Assembly (NCBI RefSeq): GCF_902713615.1
Contig: NW_024055490.1
Span: 529,262-593,261, forward strand
DNA: 64,000 nucleotides
Origin: Scyliorhinus canicula
Taxonomy: Eukaryota
Direction of reading: 5' to 3'
The notes beneath the pieces are model-generated. The model was not told the DNA's origin. It did not search any database and saw only the letters and a list, made by a program, of their open reading frames with translations. Positions 37,829 through 49,723 of the stretch are shown piece by piece (positions within the stretch are counted from its first letter, which is position 1; each line of letters starts with the position of its first letter). Position numbers and translations under genes: made by a program.

Positions 37829-38134
37829 GTGTAACTGAACAGTGCTGTAGAATTAGTATATTATTATTAAAACAGTTTCAGACACAATCACTGAATATTT
37901 CCAGCCCACTTCAACAATTTTTCAAATTGGAGAGTAAAATTAATATAATTTGAACAATTATAATGCGGTAATATTATCCACAGATGTTGTCATATTAATG
38001 TCATCAATCGCCTTCCACAATTCTGCTGCCCATTGACATCACTGGAAAAGTCTCTGGGCTGGAAATATTCAGTGATTGTGTCTGAAACTGTTTTAATAAT
38101 AATATACTGATTCTACAGCACTGTTCAATTACAC
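37829..38134. repeat. 80-bp inverted repeat with 146-bp spacer
   Basis: 37829-37908 vs reverse complement of 38055-38134 match at 78/80. Confidence 0.92.
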
Positions 38135-39359
38135 AAGAGATTTTGAATTATTTTTTATTTCCATGATTACGTTTGCAGTTACTTAAATAGGAGTTTAACA
38201 TTGCAGTTTGACAATTTGTGTATCCGGTTATAATATTCTTTCTGTGCAGCTGCAATAATATGATTCCTTCAATGTCATTTGAAGTTGGATAGTGAGATAA
38301 TTGTCAATAATCTAATCATGAACAGTTTTCTGCGATCTGGAAGTTGCTGACAGTGAAGAAATTGTTCATACGATTTAATTTGAATTGTAGGAACGTTCAA
38401 ACTGCACAGGGCTGGAGGTTGACAAGTAAATGCTTGAAATTCAAAGAGATTAATTTAATTACAAAAGGAGAATATTAGCTTTGCGACAAAACAATAACAC
38501 CCTGTCTTGCATTGCTGTGCTGTACAGTGTAGAATTACAGAAAAATAAATGACACATGAGGAGAATAGGTTATATCTGAGCCTCAACCTTATTTCTTCTG
38601 AATTATTAAATTCAGCAAGAACATTTCTCCTTAATTTGCTCATTATGTTGCCGTGTTGTGTTGGATCTGAATGAAGTGTTTTCACTCTGTTTCACACTGA
38701 TTAAATTGGATCTCCTTTCTTCAAACAATATTTTTAACAATTAAATTACAGGGATTATCTGATTTTTTAAATCTAGGAAGCACATTTATTGATCTCAAAC
38801 TGCCAGGGTCTTTACCTGTGTATATATGTAGTTTCGAGTTATGACAGTTTATCAATTCGGGAGTGCGGTTTTATCAAACAGATGGTATATTGTACATGTC
38901 TGAAGGTTTCCATCCGGTTATTTTAATTTTATTGTTTACCATTGCCAAAGATTTAATTAAACCCAAATTATTTAATAAAAATTCAAGCAGGAGCAGGATT
39001 TGAACTATCGAGAAACATTTTGGTATGATTTATATTGTAGTACAAATCAGCTAACAAGGCAATTAATTAACATTAACAATAACTTGCAATGCAATATTAG
39101 TACTAACTGATTCAACATAAATGACCTCCTGCAACAGAGTGACACACTGGCGCGCAATATCAAAGTGTATGGAGAATGTTTAATTGTATGGAAAATGAAT
39201 TGAGATTACAATGCATTTCTTTACTCATGTCGATGCGGTATGTCAGGTGGAGCATTTTGTTGATTATATTTAATTAAGAAATTAGATCAAGTCAGGTAAT
39301 CGTCTTTCGATGTGAAGGTTTCCTGTTTTTTAAATTTATTTCAATCACTGATCTATGTT

Positions 39360-40180
39360 ACGGACATTAAACTACAAAAAGTGCTGACGCCAACTTAGAA
39401 TCCGTGGACTTTTACAACAGAAAAACCGACGCCACACCTGGACTGCTTCCGCTACCGTTGAGGGGCGAGAATGGAACACACTCAATTCCACTGAAAAATG
39501 GTGCAGGATACGCGGGTCCGACACTCTGGAGGCTGACAAGCTGCAGCCACACATACACATTACAGTTCCCAGCCACACATATCCCAGCCAACAAGATGGC
39601 ACTGGTTATGCTGGAGTGCACCCATACAGCCAGTCGGCTGGGGCCAGAGGGCACTAGCTTCAAAAGGGCTGTTAGTGGTGTGCGCAGCTGCATGGCTGCC
39701 TTGCTGGCTGCGGCAATGGTGTACCATGTTTGTCCACCCCCCCCAACCCCCGCCATCCCCAGAGTCCACCTCCTGGTCACTCCCCCTATTCTCCCCCCCC
39801 CCCCCCTCCCCACCACCGGCCCTGGCTGAAGCTCCCTAGCCAGCGGCACAATTGTCTGCAAACTAAGGCGATGTTGGACACCTTCCGGACACCCTCTCCC
39901 TTCCTCAGCAGCCACCACGCCAATTTCACGATTTTTCAAAGCACAAATGAACCACGCCATCGGGAACGCGGCTAATTGGAGGCGGAGAACCGCGATGACC
40001 CTGGAGATACGGGCTGGGCCCGCTAATGATTATGCAAATTGTGCCCACTGTATGTGTGGAGTGAAACGTATTGACGTCAATTTCAAGGTATTGGAGAATC
40101 GGATTTGGCGTCAAATCTGGGCCTCTCCTGATTTTGGTATGGGAAGCTATTTTCCGCCAAATCATTTTTCCCAATTTCCA
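39360..40180. mobile_element. Probable non-autonomous DNA-transposon/MITE-like element
   Basis: GC-rich island within AT-rich intron; loose inverted ends (GACGCCAACT... / ...ATTTGGCGTC). Family not identified. Confidence 0.35.
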
Positions 40181-40199
40181 TGTCAGTTTATGGAAAATC

Positions 40200-41930
40200 C
40201 CGCCCTCTATCTCTCACACATACACTCGCTCACAGTCACACACACAGCCTCACACGCCCATTCTCTTCCATGCCCTCGCTATCTTTCTCTCTCTCCAACT
40301 ATCTCTGACACACGAACACTCTGTCACCCACTCTCTCTCACAATAGGCGCATTATCTCCCTCTCTATTTCTCTTCCAAACACTCATTCTCTCTCAAATCC
40401 ATTCACTCTCAGACACTCTCACATTCTTTCTCACATGCAATCTCCCAAACACACCTGCACACTGTTTCACATGCACTATCACACAAACAATCTCACTCAC
40501 AAAAATAGCATATATGTCTCACACTCTCTTACAAACACACACAGAGGCACATTATTATTCTCTTTCATGCACGCAATCTCCCTCTCTCACAGGCTGTCCC
40601 TCACACACACACTCTCTTAAACACATTACCAATCTCACTCAAATGCACAAACTCTTACACACACACTCTCTCGCATAAATTCTCTCTTGCACACATGCTC
40701 CCTCATACGCACGCTCTCTCATACACACGCTCTCTCATACACACGCTCTCTCATACACGCTCTCTCACACACACACTCTCCCACACACCCGTGCTCTCAT
40801 ACACAGTCTCTTGCACACCATGCTTTCTCACATAGATGCTCTCTTGCACACATGCTCCCTCACCCACATGTTCACTCACACACATGCTCTTTTGCACACA
40901 TGCTCCCTCGCACACAAGCTCTCACACACGCTCTTTCCCACACTCTCACACACATGCTCCCTCTCACATGTGCTTTCTCACACTCACACTCTCTCACACA
41001 TGCACTCTCTCGTACTCACGCTCTCACACACACAGGCTCACTTGCACACACTGTGTCTTGCACACATGCTCTTTCACACATACCCTCTCTCACACACACT
41101 CTCTTACACACATGCTCTCTCACACACATGCTCTGTCATACACATGCTCTCTGATGCACACGCTCTCTCATATGGTCTCTCACACACACGTGTTTTTTGC
41201 CCTCATGCTCTTTCGCACAGATGCTCTCTCATACACATGCTCTCTCTCATACATATGGTCTCTCACACACACATATCTTCTTGCACACATGCTCTCTCAT
41301 ACATATTCTCTCTCACTCATGCTCTCTCGCATACAGGCTTTCTAACACATTCTTTCACACACATGCTCTCGTGCACACACGCTCTCTCACATCCTTATTC
41401 TCTTACACACACGCTCTTTCACACACACTCTCTCTCACTTATATATGCTCTACCACACATACTCTCTCACACACACGTGCTCAACCACACACACTCTCAC
41501 ACATACATGCTGTGCCACACATGCTCGCTCATACATGTAATCTCTCGCACATACACTCTCTCACACACACGTGCTCCACTACACATGCTCGGTCACATGC
41601 ATGCTCTCTCACACACATCCTTGCATGCTTCTGCACACAGGCTTTCTCACACATACGCCCTATCAAACAAACACTGTCTCACACGTACGTGTTCTGCCAC
41701 ACATGCTCTCTCACACACATGATCTCTCACACACAGTCTCTCACACACATGCTCTCTCAAACACATGCTCTCTCAAACACATGCCCTCTTGCACACTCAC
41801 GCATGCACTCTCTCAAACACACTGTCTTGATCGATCTCTCGCAGAAAGACACACATTCACACGCATGTATGCACATACGTATGCAGCCACACACTCGCAC
41901 TCTCTCACACGCATTCTTCGACACACAGTT
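40200..41930. repeat. Cryptic (CA)n/(CT)n low-complexity tract (CACACATGCTCTCT-like)
   Basis: Directly visible; generates spurious H/T/L/S-rich ORFs. Confidence 0.9.
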
Positions 41931-42986
41931 GAAAATGACTGACTTTGGCATCAAGTTAGCATTTGAACGAGTGTGGCGTCAAGCAACCCAAACAAAAATG
42001 AATAGATGGGAATCAGGGGAACAATCTCTGCTGGTTGGAGTCATAACCAGCACCAAGGCAGATGGTTTCCGCTGCTGGAGGTCAATCATCCCAATTCCCG
42101 GACATCACTGCAAAAGTTCCTCAGAGCATTGTCTTTTCAGTTTATTCGCCAATGACCTTCTTTAAATCATAAAGTCAGAAGTGGGGTTGTTCTCTGATGA
42201 TTGCACCTTGTTCAGCTCCATTATTAACTGTGCAGATACTGAAGAGGTTTATCTGCAAATAAAACAAGATGGGGGCTATGTCCAGGCTTCGGCTAACAAG
42301 TGGTCAGTAACAATCACGTCACACACTTGAAGGAAATGGCCACCCCAGCAAGAATGGATCTTATGATCACCTCTTGACATTCAACGGCATTACCATCATT
42401 AAATCCCCCACCATCAACATGCGAGGGATTAACAAGGACCTGAAAGTCATCTGGATGAGCCACGTACAATTTGAGGCCAGAAGAACAGATCAGAGGTGAG
42501 GAATCCTGCGGTGTAAAACTCAACTCCTGACTCCCCAAAGCTTGTCTACCATCTGAAGATCCGCTGCAGAAGCTCATGAAGACTCCTTAGACAATACCTT
42601 CGAAACCCATGACAGCTACAGTGTGGACAAGGACAGCAGACACACCAACTGGAAGTTCTACCCCAGGTCACTCAAAACCATTCCTTCAATTTCGCTGGTT
42701 CAACATCCTGTAACTGCCCCCGACACACCAGATGGACTGAGTGGTTGATGAAGGAAGCTCACCACCACCTTGTCAAGTGCAATGAGGAATGGGAAATAAA
42801 TGCTGGCCTAGCCAGAGACGTCTACATCACAAGAATGAAGAAATACAACACACTCTCTCTGACACAATATTACAATAATCTTACGGGCTAAAAATTCCCA
42901 TTCGCAAAATGAAAATTCATTAAGTTGCAGAAATGTTCATTGTTCCACTTCTGAATTGTTTTGTGAAAAATGAAATTACATCGGCA

Positions 42987-43373
42987 TTAAAGTAGCTGTC
43001 CAGTGATCTACACTGCTGTCTGACTGTACACAGCCGGTGTTACTGACAGTATTAAAGCAGCTGCCCAGTGATCTACACTGCTGTCTGAATTTACACAGCC
43101 GGTGTTACTGAAAGTATTAAAGCAGCTGCCCAGTGATCTACACTGCTGTCTGACTGTACACAGCCGGTGTTACTGACAGTATTAAAGCAGCTGCCCAGTG
43201 ATCTACACTGCTGTCTGACTTTACACAGCCGGTGTTACTGAAAGTATTAAAGCAGCTGCCCAGTGATCTACACTGCTGTCTGACTGTACACAGCCGGTGT
43301 TACTGACAGTATTAAAGCAGCTGCCCAGTGATCTACACTGCTGTCTGACTGTACACAGCCGGTGTTACTGAAA
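42987..43373. repeat. 65-bp minisatellite, ~6 copies, alternating A/B variants
   Basis: CAGTGATCTACAC at 43001, 43066, 43131, 43196, 43261, 43326. Confidence 0.95.
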
Positions 43374-43549
43374 GCTGATCAATGTGGAGAATCAGGACAG
43401 GATGGATGGAGGGGAAGAGGAGGAGGTGGGGATGGGGAGCCGAATGGAGGAGCCCCCAGCTCGGCTGTGGACAACAGGCAACAGGAAGCTGAGCCTGAGC
43501 GGAAAATCATCCAGAGAAACATCGTCCTAATGGGCTGGGAGTTCCTGGG

Positions 43550-45545
43550 AATGATCACTCACCCACGATCACTCACTCACTCACTCACTCGCCCTCACTC
43601 ACCTATCTTCACTCATTCACTTACCCTCACTCACTCACCATCACTCACTGATCCTCACTCACCCATCCTCAATGATACACCTTTCTTAACCACCCTCACA
43701 CGCAGCCTCACTTACCCACCCTCATTCACTCACCCTCACTCTCCCACCCTCACTCACCCACTCTCACTCACCCACCCTCCCTGACACACTCTCACTCACT
43801 CACCCCCCGACAAACACACACTCACCCACCCTCCTTGACACTCTCACTCACCCACCCTCCCTGACACACTCTCACTCACCCACCCTCCCTGACACACTCT
43901 CACTCACTCACCCCCCGACACACACACTCACCCACCCTCCCTGACACACTCTCACTCACCCACCCTCCCTGACACACTCACTCACCCACCCTCCCTGACA
44001 CACACTCTCACTCACCCACCCTCCCTGACACACTGTCACTCACCCACCCTCCCTGACACACTCTCACTCACCCACCCTCCCTGACACACACACTCACCCA
44101 CCCTCCCTGACACACACACACTCATCCACCCTCCCGACACACTCTCACTCACCCACCCTCACTCACTCACCCTCCCTGACACACTCTCACTCACCCACCC
44201 TCCCTGACACACTCTCACTCACCCACCCTCCCTGACACACTCTCACTCACCCACCCTCCCTGACACACTCTCACTCACCCACCCTCCCTGACACACTCTC
44301 ACTCACCTACCCTCACTCTCACACCCTCACTCACCCACCCTCCCTGACACACTCACCCACCCTCATTCAGAACTACTCACCCTCACTGACTCACCCTATC
44401 ATGCCTAACATAACTCGTTCACCCTCACTCACACTCTCACTCACTCATTCTCAAACACCCACCCATCCTCACTCATCCTCTCCCACCCTCATTCAGGCTC
44501 TCACCCTCACTCAGTAACCCACCCACACTCACCCCCACCCTCACACATCCTCATTCAGTAAACCACCCAAACTCACTCCCAAACCCTCACACACCCTCAC
44601 TCACCCGCCCTCATTCAGGCTCTCACCCTCACTCAGTAACCCACCCACACTCACTCACCCAGCCTCACACACCCTCACTCACACACCCTCACACACCCTC
44701 AATCAGTAACCCACCCTCACTGACACATTCACTCTCCCCCTCACTCAAATACCATCACCCACCCTAACTCGCCCACACTCACTCACTCACCCTCCAACCC
44801 ACCATCGCTCTCTAATCCTCCCTCACACATCCACCCTGACTCATTCATACTTACTCACCCAGCCTCACTCATTTACCTTCACTTACAAAGACTCGCACCC
44901 GCACTCTTTCATATGCATTCCTTACCATTCCTCACTCACCCACATTCCCTCATTCACCCTTATTCAGCCACCCTCTCCGGACGCACCCACTCTCTATCAC
45001 CCACTATCACTCACCCTCATTCACTCCCCCACCCTCACTCACTCTCACTGACACACACTCACTCTCATTCACCACCCAAATTCACCCTCACTGACACACC
45101 CAAACCCATTCACTCACACATCCTCATCCACCCACAGCCATCCCCTCACTCACTCAACCACCATCACACACACACCCTCGCTCACCCACCCACACTTATT
45201 CTCCGCCACTCACACGCCCTCACTCACCCAAGATCACCAACTAATTCTCAATGATGCACCTCGCTCACTTGGACACTCTCATACATCCTCACTGACCTGT
45301 ACTCACTCAACCATCCTCCCTCAATCACCCTCACTCATTCACTGTCCCTCATTCACCCACACTCACCCACGTTCACTGACTCCCCCTCATTCATTCACCC
45401 ACTCCATTCACTCACCAGCAGTCGACCCCTTGACTCACTCACCCAGCGTCACTCACCCAGTGAGAGAGCCTGACTCATTCGTCCTCGGTGACATACTTAC
45501 CCTCACTCAGTCAGTCATCCCTGATCTGCCACTCATCAACACTCA
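43550..45545. repeat. C/A-rich low-complexity tract including a ~26-bp CACTCACCCACCCTCCCTGACACACT array (~43770-44350)
   Basis: Directly visible; + strand nearly G-free. Confidence 0.9.
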
Positions 45546-45550
45546 TACAT

Positions 45551-47975
45551 CAGAACTTCCGGTTGCGGCTATGCGGAGCTAAGCCGCAAGTTTGGCAGCT
45601 CCCGCTAGAAACGGACTTTGGAGCTCTTTTCAGGGCCCCCAACGGTGCTTTATCGACGATTCCCGACGTGGGAAGGGGTCTGCAGTAAATCCCCAGGGTT
45701 CTATGGTCCGGACCAGGAGGGGGGCGAGCAGAAAAGCGGTGGCAGCGCCTCTGGAAAAGCGGGGGACGGGAAACAAAATGGCGGCCGGCGGAGCCCTCGA
45801 GGAATGGAGGCAGTGGGCGCAGGAGCAGCAGGAGACTCTTCAGCGCTGCTTCCAGGAGCTTAAGGTGGAGTTGCTGGAGTCGCTGAAGGCTACCACCGGT
45901 AAGCTGCAGGAGACTCAGACAGCCCAGGGGGCCGCAATCTGGGAGCTGCAGCAGCAGGCCTCCGAAAGGGAGGATGAGGCCGCAGCCCTCGCGGGGAAGG
46001 TGGAGATGCACGAGGCGCTCCATAAAAAGTGGCAGGAGCGGTTCGAGGAGCTGGACAACCGGTCGAGGTGGAAACATTTACGGATCCTGGGCCTCACGGA
46101 GGGGCAGGAGGGGTCGGACCTGGCGGCCTATGTGGTTGTTTTGTTGAACTCGCTGATGGGGGCTGGGTCCTTCCAGGTGCCCCTGGAGCTGGAGGGGGCC
46201 CACAGAATACTGGCCAGGAGGCCCAAGCCGAATGATCCGCCGCGGGTGGTCCTGGTGCGGTTCCACCGGTTCGTTGACCGGGAGTGCGTGCTTCGGTGGG
46301 CCAAGAAGGAGCGGAGCAGCAAGTGGGAGAACACGGAGGTGCAGATCTTCCAGGACTGGAGTGCGGAGGTGGCTAAGTGGAGTGCCGGGTACAACCGGAC
46401 AAAGGCGGTGCTCCGCAAACAGAGTGTGATGTTTGGCATGTTGCAGCCGGCGCATCTGTGCATCACCTACAAGGACTGTCACCATTATTTTAAGTCCCCG
46501 GAGGAGGCGTGGGCCTTTGTGCAGGCTGAGAAATTGGACTCAAACTGAGGGTCAGGGATGGGGGTTTTGTATGTAAACGCAAAGTGTCTAAATTTTTTCT
46601 TTGGAGGGGGGTTGAGTGGGGGTATCTGTGGGAGGTGTTGGAAAGGTTTGGGTTTGTGGAGGGGTTTGTCCGTTGGGTGAGACTGCTTTATGAGGCCCCG
46701 ATGGCAAGTGTAGCCATGAATAGGAGGAGGTCGGAGTACTTTCGGCTGCACTGGGGATGGGACAGGGGTGTCCCCTGTCCCCCTTGCTCTTTGCGTTGGC
46801 AATTAAGCCCCTGGCCATGGCGTTGAGAGTCGGGGAACTGGAGGGGCCTGGTGCGGGGTGGGGAGGAGCATCGAGTGTCGCTTTATGCGGACGACCTGTT
46901 GCTGTATGTGGCGGACCAGGTGGGGGGAATGCCAGAGGTGATGAGGATTCTCAGCGAATTTGGGGGCTATTCTGGGTATAAGCTCAACCTGGGTAAGAGC
47001 GAGCTGTTCGTGGTGCAACCAAGGGATCAGGAGGAGGGGATTGGTAGGCTCCCACTGAAGCAGGCAGGGAGGAGCTTTAGGTACCTGGGAGTCCCGGTGC
47101 CTGGGAGTCCCGGTATCTGGGAGCTGGGGGGCCCTGCACAAGCTCAACCTCACAAGGTTGGTGGAGCAAATGGAGGAGGAGTTCAAAAGGTGGGATATGT
47201 CACCACTGTTGCTGGCGGGGAGGGTGCAGTCCGTCAAGGTGACGGTGCTCCCGAGGTTTTTGTTCCTGTTCCAGTACCTTCCCATCCTTATCTCAAAGGC
47301 CTTTTTTTAGGAGAGTTAACAGGAGTATTACGGGATTTGTATGGGCGCATGGGACTCCGAGGGTGAGAAGGGTGTTCCTGGAGCGGGGCAGGGATGGGGG
47401 GGGCTGGCGCTGCCCAACCTCTGTGGGTACTATTGGGCTGCCAATGCAGCGATGGTACATATTGGGTAATGGACGGGGAAGGGGCAGCATGGAAGTGGAT
47501 GGAGATGGCGTCCTGTGTGGACACGAGCCTGGAGGCGCTGGTAACGGCATTGCCATTCCCTCCAACGAGGTATGCCACGAGCCCGGTGGAGGCGGCTACC
47601 CTTAAAATTTGGGGGCAATGGAGATGGCATAGGGTGAGGTGGGGGGCTCGATGGAGTCCCCGATACGGGGGAACCACCGGTTTGTTCCAGGGAGCATCGA
47701 TGGCGGATTTCTGGGCTGGCACAGGGTAGGTATCAGGAGGTTGAGGGACCTATTTGTGGACGGGTGGTTCGCAAGCCTGGGGGAGTTAGAGGGGAAGTTT
47801 GGGCTCCCCCTGGGAACATGTTTAGGTACATGCAGGTGAGGGCGTTTGCCAGGCGGCAGGTGGAGGGGTTCCCTCTGCTGTCCCCACGTGGGGTACGGGA
47901 CCGGGTGCTCTCAGGGGTGTGGGTTGGGGGAGGGAGGATTTCGGACATATACCGGGTAATGCAGGAGGTAGACGA
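45551..47975 (+). mobile_element. L1-clade LINE with intact 5' end and ORF1, internally deleted and 3'-truncated ORF2
   Basis: ORF1 ends 46548; ORF2 resumes ~46610 inside RT (VEWGYLWEVL, QGCPLSPLLF, YADD at 46884-46895) with frameshifts; no endonuclease domain seen. Confidence 0.92.
45703..46548 (+). CDS. L1 ORF1p (coiled coil-RRM-CTD, Transposase_22-like), open frame
   Basis: ATG at 45703 (or 45778); motifs LRILGLTEGQEG, LELEGAHR, PRVVLVRF, IFQDWS, SPEEAWAFV. Confidence 0.85.
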   Translation: MVRTRRGASRKAVAAPLEKRGTGNKMAAGGALEEWRQWAQEQQETLQRCFQELKVELLESLKATTGKLQETQTAQGAAIWELQQQASEREDEAAALAGKVEMHEALHKKWQERFEELDNRSRWKHLRILGLTEGQEGSDLAAYVVVLLNSLMGAGSFQVPLELEGAHRILARRPKPNDPPRVVLVRFHRFVDRECVLRWAKKERSSKWENTEVQIFQDWSAEVAKWSAGYNRTKAVLRKQSVMFGMLQPAHLCITYKDCHHYFKSPEEAWAFVQAEKLDSN

Positions 47976-48500
47976 GCCGGGGGAAGTTCAGAGAGCCGCG
48001 GGAAGGTGCAGAGAGCCGGGGGAATGTGCAGAGAGCCGGGGGAAGGGGCAGAGAGCCGGGGGAAGGAGCAGAGAGCCGGGGGAAGGTGCAGAGAGCCGGG
48101 GGAAGGGGCAGAGAGCCGGGGGAAGGAGCAGAGAGCCGGGGGAAGGGGCAGAGAGCTGGGGGAAGGTGCAGAGAGCCGGGGGAATGTGCAGAGAGCCGGG
48201 GAAGGGCAGAGAGCGGGGGGAAGTGTAGGGAGGGGGGAACGTGCAGACAGCAGAGAACCGGGGAAAGAGCAGAGAGCTGGAGTTTGTGTAGAGAGCGGGA
48301 GGGGGGGGGGGGGCGGTGGTGCGGGGGAGATGCAGAGAGCCGGGGGAAAGTGCAGAGAGCCGGGGGAAGGCGCAGAGAGCTGGAAGAATGTCCATGGAGT
48401 GGGGATAAGCGATAAGAATCGGGGTAAAGTGCACAGTGCTGGCGAAAAGTTCAGAAAACCCGCACAAAATGCCAGGAACCGGGAAAAGCCCAAAGAACTG
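47975..48500 (+). repeat. 20-bp G-run minisatellite (GCAGAGAGCCGGGGGAAGG(T/G)), regular to ~48230 then degenerate
   Basis: 20-bp periodicity directly visible at 48001-48200. Confidence 0.93.
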
Positions 48501-49033
48501 GGGAAAGTGTAGTGCACATGGGCAAATACACAAAGAGCAGGAAAAACAATGCAGAGTCGAGAGAAAGTGCAGAGATCTAAAAGAAAGTGAAGGGAGCAGG
48601 TGAAAGGTGCAGAAATCCAGCGGGAACCGCAGAGAGATGGGGGAACCCACAGGGAGCGCGGGGCGGGGAGTGGGGGGATTGCAGGCAGCCCGGTCTCAGT
48701 GACAGGCGGAATGTGTGGTTTAACACCACAATCAGCACAGCCAGGATCTTATTGAATGGGGGAGGAGGCTCGACGGGCCGAATGGCCGCCTCCCGCTGTT
48801 AATGTGCATGATCCTAAAATTAGAGAATGTTGCAATTACTCAAATGTAGAGTTTTATTGTAATTATATAAAGATGCATTGCGAAGGTATTTTTCAAGCAA
48901 AGTCACTACTCTCTGGTTTGGGGAGTGGGGGTAGTGAGATGGAGAAAGGAGGGGGCATCAGTCAGTTTGTACAAAGGGAATTTCCCAAAACTGCAAAGAT
49001 ACAAATGAAGAGACAACTTCTTCAACACAATTT

Positions 49034-49723
49034 GATTGTGACGTACACAGCTCAGTTAGATGGATTGTGACGGACACAGCTCAGTTAGCTGGATTGCAAC
49101 GTACACAGCTCGGGATTGTGACGTACACAGCGCAGTTAGCTGGATTGCAATGTACACAGCTCAGTTAGCTGGATTGTGACGTATACAGCTCAGTTAGGTG
49201 GATTATGGCGTACGCAACTCAGTTAGCTGGATTGTGACGTACACAGCTCAGTTAGCTGGATTGTGACGTACACAGCTCAGTTAGCTGGATTGTGATGTGC
49301 CCAGCTCAGTTAGCTGGATTGTGACGTAGACAGCTCAATCAGCTGGATTGTGATGTACACAGGTCAGACAGCTGGATTGTGACGTACACAGCTCAGGTAG
49401 CTGGATTGTGACGTACACAGCTCAGTTAGCTGGATTGTGACGTACACAGCTCAGTTAGCTGGGATTGTGACGTACACAGCTCAGGTAGCTGGATTGTGAC
49501 GTGCACAGCTCGGTTAGCTGGATTGTGACGTACACAGCTCAATTAGCTAGATTGTGACGTTCACTGCACAGTTAGATGGATTGTGACGTACACAGCTCAG
49601 TTAGCTGGATTGTGACGTACACAGCTCAGTTAGCTGGATTATGACGTACACAGCTCAGTTAGCTGGATTGTGACGTACACAGCTCAGTTAGCTGGATTGT
49701 GACCTACACAGCTCAGTTAGCTG
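49034..49723 (+). repeat. 29-bp minisatellite GATTGTGACGTACACAGCTCAGTTAGCTG, ~24 copies
   Basis: Unit starts at 49034, 49063...; ~40 AGCT counted by hand. Confidence 0.97.

Noticed and set aside
39947-42165. Long ORFs of 243-322 aa rich in H/T/L/S
   Set aside because: Translations of CA/CT low-complexity DNA that are open in several frames; no domain signature.
43030-43373. CACAGCC heptamer-like motif in each 65-bp unit
   Set aside because: The sequence at 12 or 23 spacing does not resemble ACAAAAACC.
47764-48650. Overlapping ORFs of 130-230 aa on both strands
   Set aside because: Products of the stop-free 20-bp G-rich array.
49034-49723. CRISPR-like appearance of the regular arrays (also 42987-43373 and 2941-3480)
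   Set aside because: Units are contiguous with no unique spacers, no cas genes, and the DNA is vertebrate.
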